64,000 bases of DNA. It comes from the human T2T-CHM13v2.0 reference genome, Homo sapiens. Below are positions 16,302 to 30,162 of this stretch, piece by piece. Numbering within the stretch: the first letter of the stretch is position 1; each line of letters opens with the position of its first letter. Location: NCBI RefSeq assembly GCF_009914755.1, contig NC_060931.1, one strand, 5' to 3'. The notes beneath the pieces are model-generated. The model searched no databases. It saw nothing but the letters and a program-made list of their open reading frames with translations, and was not told where the DNA came from. The position numbers were made by a program, and so were the translations under genes.

Positions 16302-17535
16302 GCATGACCCATAGTTAACCCGGACCACACACAGACTACTCACCAGTTGTCAGGGAGTCAAACACGTGTATCTGTGGACCAAACCGATGACACTTCTCCA
16401 CACCTACCAAAGGGAATTGGGTTCTCACATGCACTTAGGAAAAAAGAAAGACCACGTGGGCACCAGATATTGGGTGAAATTCACCCCCGATATTTCACGT
16501 GGGTCCTTTTCTACTTTCCCCTAAGTGTCGGCTGGTCTGAGAAATAAAGGGAAAGAGTACAAAGAGAGAAATTTTAAAGCTGGGTGTTGGGGGGAGACAT
16601 CACATGTCGGCAGGTTCCATGATGCCCCCCAAGCCACAAAACCAGCAAGTTTTTATTAGTGATTTTCAAAAGGGGAGGAAGTGTACGAATAGGGTGTGGA
16701 TCACAGAGATCACATGCTTCACAAGGTAATAAAATATCACAAGGCAAATGGAGGCAGGGTGAGATCACAGGACCACAGGACCGGGCGAAATTAAAATTGC
16801 TGATGAAGTTTCAGGCACGCATTGTCATTGATAACATCTTATCAGGAGATAGGGTTTGAGAGCAGATAACCGGTCTGACCAAAATTTATTAGGCGGGAAT
16901 TTCCTCGTCCTAATAAGCCTGGGAGTGCCACGGGAGACCAGGGCTTATTTCTTCCCTCCGCTATGACTGTAAAAGACAGCCATCTCCAAAGCGGCCATTT
17001 CACAGGCCTCCCCTTAGGGATGCATTCTCTTTCTCAGGGATGTTCCTTGCTGAGAAAAAGAATTCAGTAATATTTCTCCTATTTGCTTTTGAAAGAAGAG
17101 AAATATGGCTCTGTTCCGCCCAGCCCACAGGCAGCCAGAGTTTAAGGTTATCTCCCTTGTTCCCTAAACATTGCTGCTATCCTGTTCTTTTTTCAAGGTG
17201 CCCAGATTTCATATTGTTTAGACAATTTGTGCAGTTAACACAATTATCACAGGGTCCTGAGGCAACATTCATCCTCAGCTTACGAAGATGATGGGATTAA
17301 GAGATTAAAGTAAAGACAGGCATAGGAAATCACAAGAGTATTGATTGGGGAAGTGATAAGTGTCCATTAAATCTTCACAATTTATGTTCAGAGATTGCAG
17401 TAAAGACAGGCATAAGAAATTATAAAAGTATTAATTTGGGGAACTAATAAATGCCCATGAAATCTTCACAATTTATGTTCTTCTGCCATGGCTTCAGCTG
17501 GTCCATCCATTTGGGGTCCCTGACTTCCCGCAACA
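16302..17535 (-). mobile_element. MER11 (HERV-K11/HML-8) 5' LTR (17535-16468) with Lys-type PBS (16465-16452), leader splice donor (16343) and first gag codons (ATG at 16312), then truncated
   Basis: Minus strand starts TGTTGCGGGAAGTCAGGGACCCC (MER11 5' end) with the duplicated AACATAAATTGTGAAGATTT block; LTR followed by TCTGGTGCCCACGTGG, CTG|GTGAGT and ACTATGGGTCATGC. Confidence 0.9.
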
Positions 17536-20500
17536 CTGAACCTTGGTGTGAGAGTCACCATCCTACCTGTGGACTGCATTCACGTATGAGAGTCACAATT
17601 CCAACTTTTGACTGCCTCTGAGTGTGAGATTCAGGACGTTGTAAGGAGGCTGTGTTCAGGTGGGAGGATGAGAATCCTTATTGTCAGCCAGGTGTGCATA
17701 TGAGAGTCAGAATCTGACCTGTTTGCTGGTTTCTGTTATGACACTCTCTGTACCACCTGAGGGTTTTATATGGCACATGTGAGACTCACAATCTGCTTTG
17801 AGACCTTTGTGCTTGCCCAGGTGTTTCTTACAATACCAAATGTAGGATCTCACCCATTGCCCTAAGCCCAGGCATGAGAGTAAACATCTCTCTTATTTTT
17901 GGGTCCAGGTAGGAGAGTCATTTTTGTTCCTGTTATCTGGTTACAGAAATTGGTCAACATCCCTCCTGTGGCTCAATCCACATGTGACAGACATGATCCA
18001 ACTGTGGACTGTGTCTGTCAGTGAGATTCAGGAACTCACTATTTTGCTCTCTCCTATGTAAAGGTGACAATTTTAACAGTCAGCTGAGTGTGCATACAAT
18101 AGTCACAACCTCAGTGTGGTACTGGGTCCTATGATGACACTCTCTGTACCATCTGAGGGCTTTACAGAATATGCATGTGTGTGGTAATCACCTGTGATAT
18201 TTTTTAAAGTAGAAAACCCAGAACTTTATTTTTTGGCCTAATCCCAGCTATGAGAGAGAGTCAACACCTCTCTTATTGGTGGGGTCCACGTATAAGAGTC
18301 ATCACTGGACCTGTAAGCTGGGTCCAGATATGATCCACCATCTGACTTTTGGCCAGATCCACATGGGATGTGACCAATATTCTAACTGTGTATTGTGTCC
18401 TCATATGAGAGTCAGGACCTCACCAGTAACTTTTGTCAATGTGTGAGGGAGACAATTTTAATTGTCTGCTGGGTGTGCCTATAAGAGTCACAATTTTACT
18501 TCTGTGCTGGATGCTGATATGACACTCTTTATATCACCCAAAGACTTTATAGAATACGCATGAGTGTGATATATTGTGTGATCTTTCTACATGTAGAAGA
18601 CCCAGATCATTGCCTGTTTTTCTAAGCCTAGCTAGAAGAGTTAAAATTTCTTCTATTGGCTGGGTTCACATATGTGAGTCTTCATTACACCTGTGAGCTG
18701 GGCCAAATGTGTGACCATCCCACCTGTGGGCAAAGACTAGGCGGGAGAGTGGCATCAACTAGGTGGTGGCCCAGCGATATGTCAATATTTTTACTAAGGG
18801 CAGGGTCCTGACAATAAAACTTACATCTCCTGGGTGCTAGGAAAAGCAATATGTCACAATCCACCCTGTAAACATGTTCCAGGTAGAAGACGGTCACACC
18901 ATCTAGGTGATGGGCCCAGTGATATGTAACCATTTCTCATGTAAACAGATTCAAGGCAAAGAAGAGTCACATAACATAGGTGATGGGCCAAAGGATATCT
19001 CATGGTAACCCCTGTGGACTGGCCCAGGCAGAAAGGGAGAGTCACATCGCCTAGGTGATTGGCCCAGAGATATCTCACAATACCCCGGGAGGGCAGAGCC
19101 CAAGCAGGAAAGTCACATTATCTAGGCCCTCAACCTAAGTATAATTTACAATCTAAACCGCAGGTGCAGCCTAGGCAAAGAGAAAAATCAGTCAGATACT
19201 GAGTGAAGGTATATGTCACAATCACACCTGTGAAAGTGTCCAGAGATACAATTTACAATCTCTCACATGCCCAACTTCAGGATCAGAGTCAACACCTCCT
19301 GTGAGTTGCACCCAAAAGGCAAGTAACAACCTCAACAGTGGACTGGATCCGTGTTTGAGAGCCACAACTCCACCTGCAGACAGTGTTCCACTAAAAAAGT
19401 CAAAATATCACAGGGGTGCTGAATCTTGGTCCAAGAGGTGTATGGAATCCATATATGATGGTAACAATGCCAACTTTGACTGCCTCTAAGTGTGAGATTC
19501 AGAACCTTAACAGTGCACTGTGTTCATTTGGAAAGTGACCATAGTGTTGGCTGGTTGTGCATATGAGAGTAACAATTTCATCTGTGTTTTGTGCCCTTTT
19601 ATAATGCTCTCTGTAGTACCTGAGGGCATTATAAGGTATGCACAAGAGTCACAATACTCTCTGAGATTTGCATGCTTGTGTGGACACATGATCTTACTGA
19701 TTACTTTAAGCCCCGAGGGGAGAGTCAACATCTGTTCTATTTGCTGTGCCCAGGAATGAGATTTATCACTGTGCCTGTGAGAGGGGTCCAGAAATGAGTC
19801 ACTATCCCACCTTTGTGCAGATCCATATATGACCGTCACAATATCAGCTTTGAACTGCACCCACAAGAGATTTAGGACCTCAGCAGTGATCACTGTCTGT
19901 GTGTGAGGGTGACAATCTTAATTTTTGACTAGATGTGTATATGAGATTAACAATCTTAACTCTGTGCTGGGCCCTGTTTAGACCTACTCTGCCTGTACCA
20001 CCTGAGGGAATTATACCAGTTATACCATATGTTAGGGTTTCATAGTCCTCTGTGACCTCTGTACAGGTAGGAAAAGCAGGACCTTACCCATGGTCCTAAG
20101 TCTAGCTATGAGTCAATATCTGTCTGATTGGCTTGGTCTAAGCATGAGAGTCAACACCATGCTTGTAAGCTGGATCTAGAAATGACTCACCATGCAGCCT
20201 GAGGCCAGATCCACATATGACAGTCACAATTCCAACTCTGGACTGCATCCATGTGTGAGATTCAGAATCTCACCAGAGCGCTCTGTCCACGTGTGAAGGT
20301 GACAATTGCGATTGTTGGCTACATGTGTCTACAAGAGTCACAATCGCCCCTGTGTGCTAAGCCCTGTTTATCACTCTCTATACACCACAAGGGCTTTATA
20401 AAATACATGTGAGTGTCATAATCTTTTGTGACCTCTTTATAATTACTAGACCAAGGCTTTTAGTTGTTGCCCTAAGCCTAGCTATTAAAGTCCAAATTTC

Positions 20501-23041
20501 TCCTATTGGCTGGGTCCATGTAAGAAAGACACCATCATGACTGTTGCCTGGGCCTAGATATAGGTCATAATCCCACCTGTGGGCAGAATCAGGGAGGAAA
20601 GTCACATCACCTGAATGCTGGACCAGGGAAATGTCAATATCCTTCCATGGGCAGGACCCATGCAGGAAAGTTGTATCACCTTTATTGCTAGGCTTAGTAA
20701 TATGTCACAATGCCCACTTAGGAAGAACCCAATCAAGAGCCATATCACCTTGGTGCTTAGCTTAACAATATATCACAATCCTTTGTGTAGGCAAGGCCCA
20801 TGCAGGAAAGGGGAGTCACAACACCTAGGTGCTGGGCCCAGTACTGTGTCACACTCCACCCTGTTAACAGGGCCCAGTCATGAGAGGAGAGTCATACCAC
20901 CTAGATAACATGCCCAGATTATATGTCACAAATCTTACTGGAGAAAGGGATAGTCAGGAAAGTAGAGTCTCATCACCTAGGGGATGGTCTCAGAGATACC
21001 TTACAATGCCTCTTGTGGGCAGGGCCCAGGCAGGACAGTCACATCACCTAGGTGTTTGGGCCAGGTATGTCACAATCCCAACTGTTGCCTGAGCTCAGGC
21101 AAGACGGTAAAGTCAATCAGGTGCTGGGAAAAAATTATATGTCAGAGTCACACCTGCAGTAAGGTCCAGGGATGAGATTCCCAGTCCCACATATTTCCTG
21201 GCTCAAGGTATAAGAGAAAACACCTTTTGTGAATTGTATTTAAGTACACAAGTTACAATCTCAATTGTGGACAGAATTCATGCATAACAGCTCCAGCCTC
21301 ACCTGCAAACACTATCTCATTAGGGCAGTCACAGCCTCACAGGTGTGCTGAGTTTTGGTATAAAATCATCATTCTACCTGTGAACTGCATCCATGTAACA
21401 GATTCAACTTACAATGGATGTGGGAGTGATACTCAGAACCTCAACAATGGGCTGTGTCCATATGGAATGATGACATTCCTCACTGTATGTTGTGTGTGCA
21501 CAGAAGAATCACAATGTCACCTGTGTGATGGGCCTTTGTATTATACCCTCTGTTCTACTCAAGAGCTTTTTATTTTTTATTTTTTTAATGCATGAGAATG
21601 AAAACCTGCTCTGAGACCTTCATACTGGTATAAACTCATGATCCTACATATTGCCCCAAGTTCAGGTATGAGAGTCAACGTTTCTCTTATTTGTTGGGTC
21701 CAGATATAAGAGTCATCAGTATGCCAGTAAGCTGGGTCTAGAAATTTGTCACCATCCCACTTGTGGATGGGTCCATATATGACAGTCACAATTCCAACTG
21801 TGAACTGTTTTTGTGAGTGACATCCAGGACCTCATGAGCAGATTCACATTTAATAGTTACAATCCAAACTGTGGCCTGTGTACACATGAGTCACAGTCTC
21901 AATTTTGACAGGAGCCCTGTTTTGACACTTTTTGTACCACCTGAGGGCATACAATATGCATGAGTGTTGTAATTCTCTGAGACCTCTGTAAAAGTGGGAA
22001 ATCCAGTACCTTATCCATTGCTCTAAGCCTAGATAACAAAAGTCAACATCTCTTCTATTAACTGGGAGCAGGTATGAGAGTCATTGAGATGCCTATGAGC
22101 TGGGTCCAGAAACGAGTCACCTTCTGACCTATGGCCAGATCCACATATGACAGTCCCAAATTCAACTGTGGACTGTTTGCACATGTGAGATTCAGGACCT
22201 CACCAGTGGGCTTTGTCCATGTGTGACAATCCGAATTGTTGGATAGTGTGCCTCATATGAGAAGCACAATTTTACCTCTGTAATTAGCTCTGATATGACT
22301 CAAGTATTTTATAGAATATTTATGAGTGTCATAATCCTCTGTAATTGTGATACATTTAGGAGACCCAGAACCTTACTGATTGTTCTAAGCTCAGCCATGA
22401 GAGTCAGAATCTCTTCTATTGGCTGGGCTCTCATATGACAGTCATTATTATTCCTGTGATCCGTACCTAGGTATATGCCAGAATCCCACCTGTGGGAAGA
22501 ACCAGGCAGGAGAGTCACATCATCTGAATACTGAGCCAGGGGTATATTAGTATCCCCCCCTGTGAGTTGAGTGCTGGTAGGAAATTCACATCACTATGGT
22601 GCTGGGACCAGTGATGTGTCAAAATGACCCCTGTGGGCAGAACCCTGGCTGAAGGTTTACATCACAGAAGTGCTGGTCTCAGCAATATGTCACAATCCCC
22701 TTGTGAACAGGGTCCAGGCAGGAGATGATAATCACTCCTCTGGAAATGAGACCAGAGGTATATCGCAATGCCACCTGCAAGAAGGGATTAGGCAGGAGGG
22801 TCACTGTACAGAGGCTATTGGCTTAGGCATATGTCACAATTCAAACTGTGGGCTTTATTCAGGCAGTATAGTCTAATCAGTCAAGTTCTGGCTGGGAAAA
22901 GTTATTATGTCACAATCACACCTGTGAGAAGGTCTAGGAATGGAATTTACATTCCTGAACATGTTCTGGGTCCAGGTATAAAAGTACACACCTCATGAAC
23001 TTTTCCAAACCTCATGTGTCCAAGAATGCAAATCACAATTT

Positions 23042-23395
<354 letters not shown>

Positions 23396-26274
23396 TGAAT
23401 CCACGCATGACAGCCAAACCTCAGACAGCACCTATTAGGAGAGTTAGAGCCTAACATAGGTGCTGAATCTTGGTCAGAGACTCATCGTCTCCCCTGAAGG
23501 CTGGATCCACATATAAGAGTAAAAATACCAACTTCTGACTGCCTTTGGGTGTGAGATTCAGAACCTCAACAGTGGGCTGTGTCTATGTGGGAGTGTGACA
23601 TTCTTTACTGTTGGCAGTGTATGCATATGAGAGTCAAAATCTCAGCTGTGTACTGGACCTTGTTATACTACTCTTTGCGTCAAGTGTGGCTGTATATATG
23701 TGTAAGACTTGCAATGCACTCTGAAACATTTGTGCCTATATGAACCCATGATCTTACTCATTTCTCCAAGTCTGGGGATGAGATTCAACATCTCTTCTAT
23801 TGACTGGTTTAGATATGAGACTCATTGCTATGCCTGTGGGCTAGGTCCAGCAATAAGTCACCACTTAACCTGTGGCCAGATCCACATATGACAGTCAAAA
23901 TTCCAACTGTAAACTGTGTCTATTAGTGACATTCAGGACCTTAACTGTGGGCCCTGTCCATGTGTGAGATTGACAATTTTAACTGTTGGCTATGTGCTGG
24001 GCTCTGGAATGACATGTTCTGTACCACCAAAGGGCATTATAGAATATGCATAAGCTTCCTCATACTTTGTGATCTTACCAGAAGCTGGAGACTGAAGACA
24101 TTATACATTGTCATAAATCCAGCTAGAAGAGTCAAAATCTTTTCTATTGGTTGCACCCATGTATGATAGTCATCATCATGCCTATGAACTGGACCCAGAT
24201 ATATGTCACAATACCACCTGCAAGCAGGGACTAGGAAGGAAAGCCACATCACCTGAATACTGAGCCTGAGTAGGTCAATGCCCCTTCTGTTGGAAGAGTC
24301 CTGGCAGGAAGGTGACATCATCTGGCTGCTGAGCCCACTCACATGTCACAATGCCCTCTGTGGGCAGGACCAAGGCAGGAGAGTCAAATGATCTGGGTGC
24401 TGGGTCCAGCAGTATGTCACAAATTACCCTGTGGACAGAGCCCAGGAAAAAGAGGAGACTCTCATGACTTAGGTGATGAGCACAGAGATATATCATGATG
24501 TTCTGTGAGAAAAGGGCTCAGAAAGAACAGTTGCATTACCCAGATGTTTGGCCCAGGTGTATGTCACAATCCCAGCTATATATAGGCACTGCTAAGACAG
24601 AAAAGCCATATCACCTGGATGCTTGGCCCACTGATTTGTCACAATCCCTTCTGTAGGCAAGATCCAGGCAAAACAGACAGTAACATCTGCTAGGTGCTGG
24701 GCCCAGTAATTTGTCTCAATTCCCCATGTAAGAAGGTCCAAGGCAAAAGAGGAGATTCATATCACCTAGGTGATAGGCCCACGGATATGTCCAAATTCCA
24801 AATGGGGGTGGGGCCCAGGCAGAAGAGGAGAGTCATGTCACCTAGGTGATGAACCCAGTAATACGTCCTAATGCCCCTGTGGGCTGAGCCCAGGCAGGAG
24901 AGGAGAGTCACATTAGCTAGGTGATGGCTGCATAAGATATTTCTAAGTCACCTCTGAGAGATTGGCCCAGGCAGGAGAGTCCCATCACCTATGTGCTTGG
25001 CCTAGGTATATGTCACAATCCCACATTTAGTCTGAACCCATGCAGAAATGTAAAATCAGTTAGGTGCTGGGCAAAGGTATGAATCAAAATCACACCTGCA
25101 GAAAGGTCCAGGGATGAGATTAACAATATTGCATATGGCCTGGCTCCAAATATAAGAATTAGCAGCTCTTGTGAATTCTGTCCAAGTACCTGAGTCACAA
25201 CCTCAACCGTGGACTAGATCTGTGTATGAGACCCCCAACCTCATCTGCAAATAGTATCCTGATAGGGGAGACACAGCCTCACAAGGGTGTTTGATCTTGA
25301 TTCAGAAGTCATCATCTTACCTGTGATCTGGATCCATGTATAAGAATCACACATCCAACTTTCAATTGCCTCCAGCTGTGAGATTCAGAACCTCAACAAT
25401 GGGCTGTGTCCATATGGAAGGGTAATAATCCTTACCATCAGCTGAGTGTGAAAACAAGAGTCACAATTTCATCTGTGTGCTGGGCCCTGTTATGAAATTC
25501 TCTATACCTCCTGAGAGCATTGTATAATATGTTTGCGTGTTGTAAGGCTCTTTGACTTTTGTACAAGTAAGAAATCCAGGACATTACCTGCTGCCCTAAG
25601 CCTAGTTACTGAAGTAAACATCTCTTCTATTGACTGGGTCTTGGTATTAGAGTCCTTACCATGCCTATGAGCTGGGACCAGAAATGAGTCACCATCCCAC
25701 CTGTGGCCAGATTTACATGTAACAGTCACAATTCCAACTGTGGACTTAATCAACATGTGAGATTCAGGAGCTTACTAGTAGGCTCTGTCCACATATGAGA
25801 GTGACAATCCTAATCTTCTGCTGGGTGTGCCTATGAAAGTCACAATTTCACCTGTGTTCTAGTTTGTATTATGACGCTGTCTGTACCAGCCAAGGACTTC
25901 ATAATATATGTGTGTGTGTAGGAACCTTCTGTAACCTTTCTACAAGTAGGCGATTCAGGACCTTATCATTTGCCCTAAACCTATCTATGAGAGTCAAAAT
26001 CTCACCATTTGGCTGGTTCTACATCTGAGAGACATTATAATTTCTGTGTGCTGGGCCTAGGTAGAAGTCACAATTCTACCTGTGTGTGAAAAGAAGGCAA
26101 GAAAGTCATATCACTTGGGTGATGGGCCATTGGTATGTCACAATTCTTTCTGTTGACAGTCCATAAAAAGGAGTTACATCACCTGGGTGCTAGGCTCAGT
26201 GATAGGGCACAATGCCCTGTGTAGGCAGGCTACAGGCAGGAGAGTCACATTACCTGGGTGCTTGGCCCAGTGGC

Positions 26275-26574
26275 ATTTTTTTTTTTTTTTTTGAGACGGA
26301 GTCTGGCTCTGTCACCCAGGCTGGAGTGCAGTGACTCGATCTCGGCTCACTGCAAGCTCCACCTCCAGGATTCACACCATTCTCCTGCCTCAGCCTCCTG
26401 AGTAGCTGGGACCACAGGCGCCTGTCACCATGCCTGGCTAATTTTTTGCATTTTTAGTAGAGACAGGGTTTCACCATGTTAGCCAGGATGGTCTCAATCT
26501 CCTGACCTTGTGATCTGCCCACCTTGGTCTCCCAAAGTGCTGGGATTACAGGCATAAGCCACTGTGCCCCGCCC
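26275..26574 (-). mobile_element. AluY-type element inserted in the satellite
   Basis: Diagnostic ctgcaagctcc, ttcacaccattctcc, ttagccaggatggtctc; TSD tggcccagtggcatt/tggcccaatggcatt. Confidence 0.93.
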
Positions 26575-29500
26575 TGGCCCAATGGCATTATAATCCCTTA
26601 TGTAGAAAGGGCACAGGTAGCAAAAAAGAGTCACATTACCTAGTTGCTTGGCTCAGCTATATGTCACAATTGTTTTAGTTAGCAGGGCACAGCCTATAGA
26701 GAGCCACATCACAAACTGGTGAGCTCAGTGACATGTCAAAATGCTTAATGGAGGCAGAACATAAGCAAGAAAGTAGAGTCAAATCACTTAAGTGATGGGC
26801 CCAGAGACATGTCACAATGTCCCCTATGGGCTGAGCCCAGGTCAGAGACTCACATCACCTAGGGGCCTGGTTCAGGTATATTTCATAATCTCAACTCCAA
26901 TTGTTGGCTAGGCTTCCACAGGACAGAAAAATCAATCAGCTGCTGGGCAAAAGTATATGTTACACCTGCAGGAAGGCCTGTGAATAAGATTCATAATCCC
27001 ACACATTTTCAGGGTTCAGGTATAAGAGTCAACACCTTCTGTGAGTTTTGTCCAAGTATGTGAGACAGAATCTCAATGGTGGACAGGATCCCTGAATGAG
27101 AGCCTCAACTCCATCTGTGAACAGTATCTCAGTAGGGTAGCCATATGCTCACAGTTGTGCTGAATCTTAGTTTGAGAGTCACCCTCCTAACTGTGGACCA
27201 GATCCACATAGAAGAGTCACAATGTCACCTTTCATCTTCCTTCAGATGTAAAATTCAGTGGGCTGTGTTTATGTGAGAGGGTGTAAGTTCTTACTGTTGG
27301 CTGGGTATACACACAAGGGTAACAATCTCACCTGTGTGCTAGGCCCTGTTATTACATTCTTTGTACCACAGAAAGCTTAATAGGGTATGTGTGAGAGTTT
27401 CGGCCTGCTCTGAAATTTTAGTGGTGGTATAATCCCATGATACTACCCATGGCCTTAATTAAGCCCAGGCACAAGAGTCGATACTTCTCTTATTGGCTGG
27501 ATTCAAGCATGAAAGTTATCACCTTGCCTGTAAGCTGGGTTCAGAAATGAGTCACCATCTTATTTGTGGCTGGATCTACATATAATAGGTACAATTCCAA
27601 CTGTAAACTGTGCCTACAAGTGAGATTCAGGATCTCACCATTGGTCTCTGTCCATGTGTGAGGGTGACAATCCTGTCAGCTGGGTGTGCATAGGAGAGGA
27701 ATAATCTTATCTCTGTGTTGGGTCCAGTTATGACACTCTGTGTACAGCCTGAGGGCTTTATATGATATCTTTTAGTGTCATAGTCTTCGGTGTACTTTGT
27801 ACAAGTAGGAGACTCTGGGCATACCCATTGTTCTAAGCTTATCTACAAGAGGCAAAATCTCTCTATTGTCTTAGTCCAGATATGAGCGTTATTACCTTAC
27901 CTGTGTTTTGGGCCCAGATATATGTCACAATTTGAACTCTGGGCAGGAACCAGGAAGAAAAATCCCATCACCTAGGTGCTGAGTACAGCAATATGTTAAA
28001 ATCCTCCTTACTACAGGGCTCGCCCTGGCAGGAGAGTCACATCGCCTAAGTGCTTGGCCCAGGTGTATGTAACAATCCCATCTGATGCGTGCTGGGCCCA
28101 CACATGAGAGTCACATTACTCAGATGTTAGACAAAGGTATATGTCACAATCACACCTTCGGTAAAATCCAAACATGAGATTCACAATCCAGCACGTGTCT
28201 CAGCTCCAGGTATGAGAGTCAACATCTCCTGTGAGTTGGGTTCAAATACATGAGTCACAATCTTAACACTGGACTTTATTTGTGCATGAGAACCCCAATC
28301 ACACCTGCACACTATGTCTTGGTAGAAAAACCACAGCCTATTAGGTGTGTTTAATCCTGGTATCAGAGTCACCATCCAACCTGTGGACTGCATTCATATA
28401 CAAGGATCGCGGTTCCAATTTTTGACTGTCTCCGGTTGTGAGATTCAGAACCTCCACAGTGTGCTGTGTTCACGTGGTAGACTGACAATCCTTCTGTCAG
28501 CTGGGTGTACATATGAGGGTCACAATCACAGCTGTGTGCTGGGCTCTGTTACAACACTCTCTGTACCACTGGAGAGCTTTATATGATATGCATGAAAGTT
28601 GCAATCAGCTCTGAGAACTTCATTCTGCTATGGACCCATAATCTTACCTGATTTTCTATTTTGAGGCACAAGAGTCAACATATTTTTTTGTTGGCTAGGT
28701 CCAGGGATGAGAGTCATCACCATGCCTGTGAGCTGAGTCCAAACATAGGTAACAATCCCACCTGTGAGCACTGACCAGGTAGGAGGGTCATATCACCTGG
28801 GAGCTGGGTCAGGAATATGTACCCATTGTTCTAAGCCTAGCTACGAGAGCCAAAATCTCTATTGTCTTGGCCCAGGTAGGAGAGTTATTACCTTAACCTG
28901 TGTTTTGGGCCCAGATATACATCACAATTTGAACTCTGGGCAGGAACCACGAAGAAAAATCACATTATCTAGGTGTCCCCTGTGGGAGAGGTCCCGGTAG
29001 GAGAGTAACAACTTCTTGGTGCTAAGCCAAGTGAAATGATTCAGTGCCCCCTGTGGGCAGGGTCCATACAGGAGGGTAGAGTCACATCGCCTAGATGCTG
29101 AGTTCAGCAACATGTAAAAATATCCCCTTAGGGCAGGGCTCATGCAGGAGTGTCACATCTTCCAGGTGTTTGGTCCAGGCATATGTCACAATCCCTCCTG
29201 AAGGCCACACTTGGGCACAAAAGGAGAATTACACCACCAAAGGGATGGGCCCAGAGATGTCACAGTGCCTCTGTGGGCAGGGCCCAGGTCACATCACATG
29301 GATACAGGGCCCAGGGATATTTACAATCCCCACTGGGGCACGGCCCAGGGAAAATGTCATGAGCCACATCACCAGGTGCTGGGCCCAGTGATATATTACA
29401 ATCCCCTCTGAGGACAGCATCAAGGCAAGAGTTACATCACCTAGGTGCCTGTGCCAGGTATATGTCACAATTCTATTTGCGGGATTAGCCCAGGCTAAAG

Positions 29501-29822
29501 TGGCAAATCACTCAGGTGCTAGGAAAAGGTATATGTCAAAATCACAACTGTAGGTGTGAACCAGAAAACATGTTACAACACCTGGTGCTGAAGCAGGGAT
29601 ATGTAAAAAGTATTTCTGTTGGCAGGGCCTAGGCAAAAAAATAACATCTCTTGGATGCTGGGCCCAGTGATATGTCACAATTACTTTTGTGGGCTGGGCC
29701 TAGGTAAAAAAGGAGGGTCATGTGGCCTAAGGGACTGGGTCCAGGGATATGTCACAATTCTCCTCGTGGGGCCCATTCAGGAGAGTCACAGCACTTGGGT
29801 GCTGAGCTTAGAAATATGTCAT

Positions 29823-30162
<340 letters not shown>

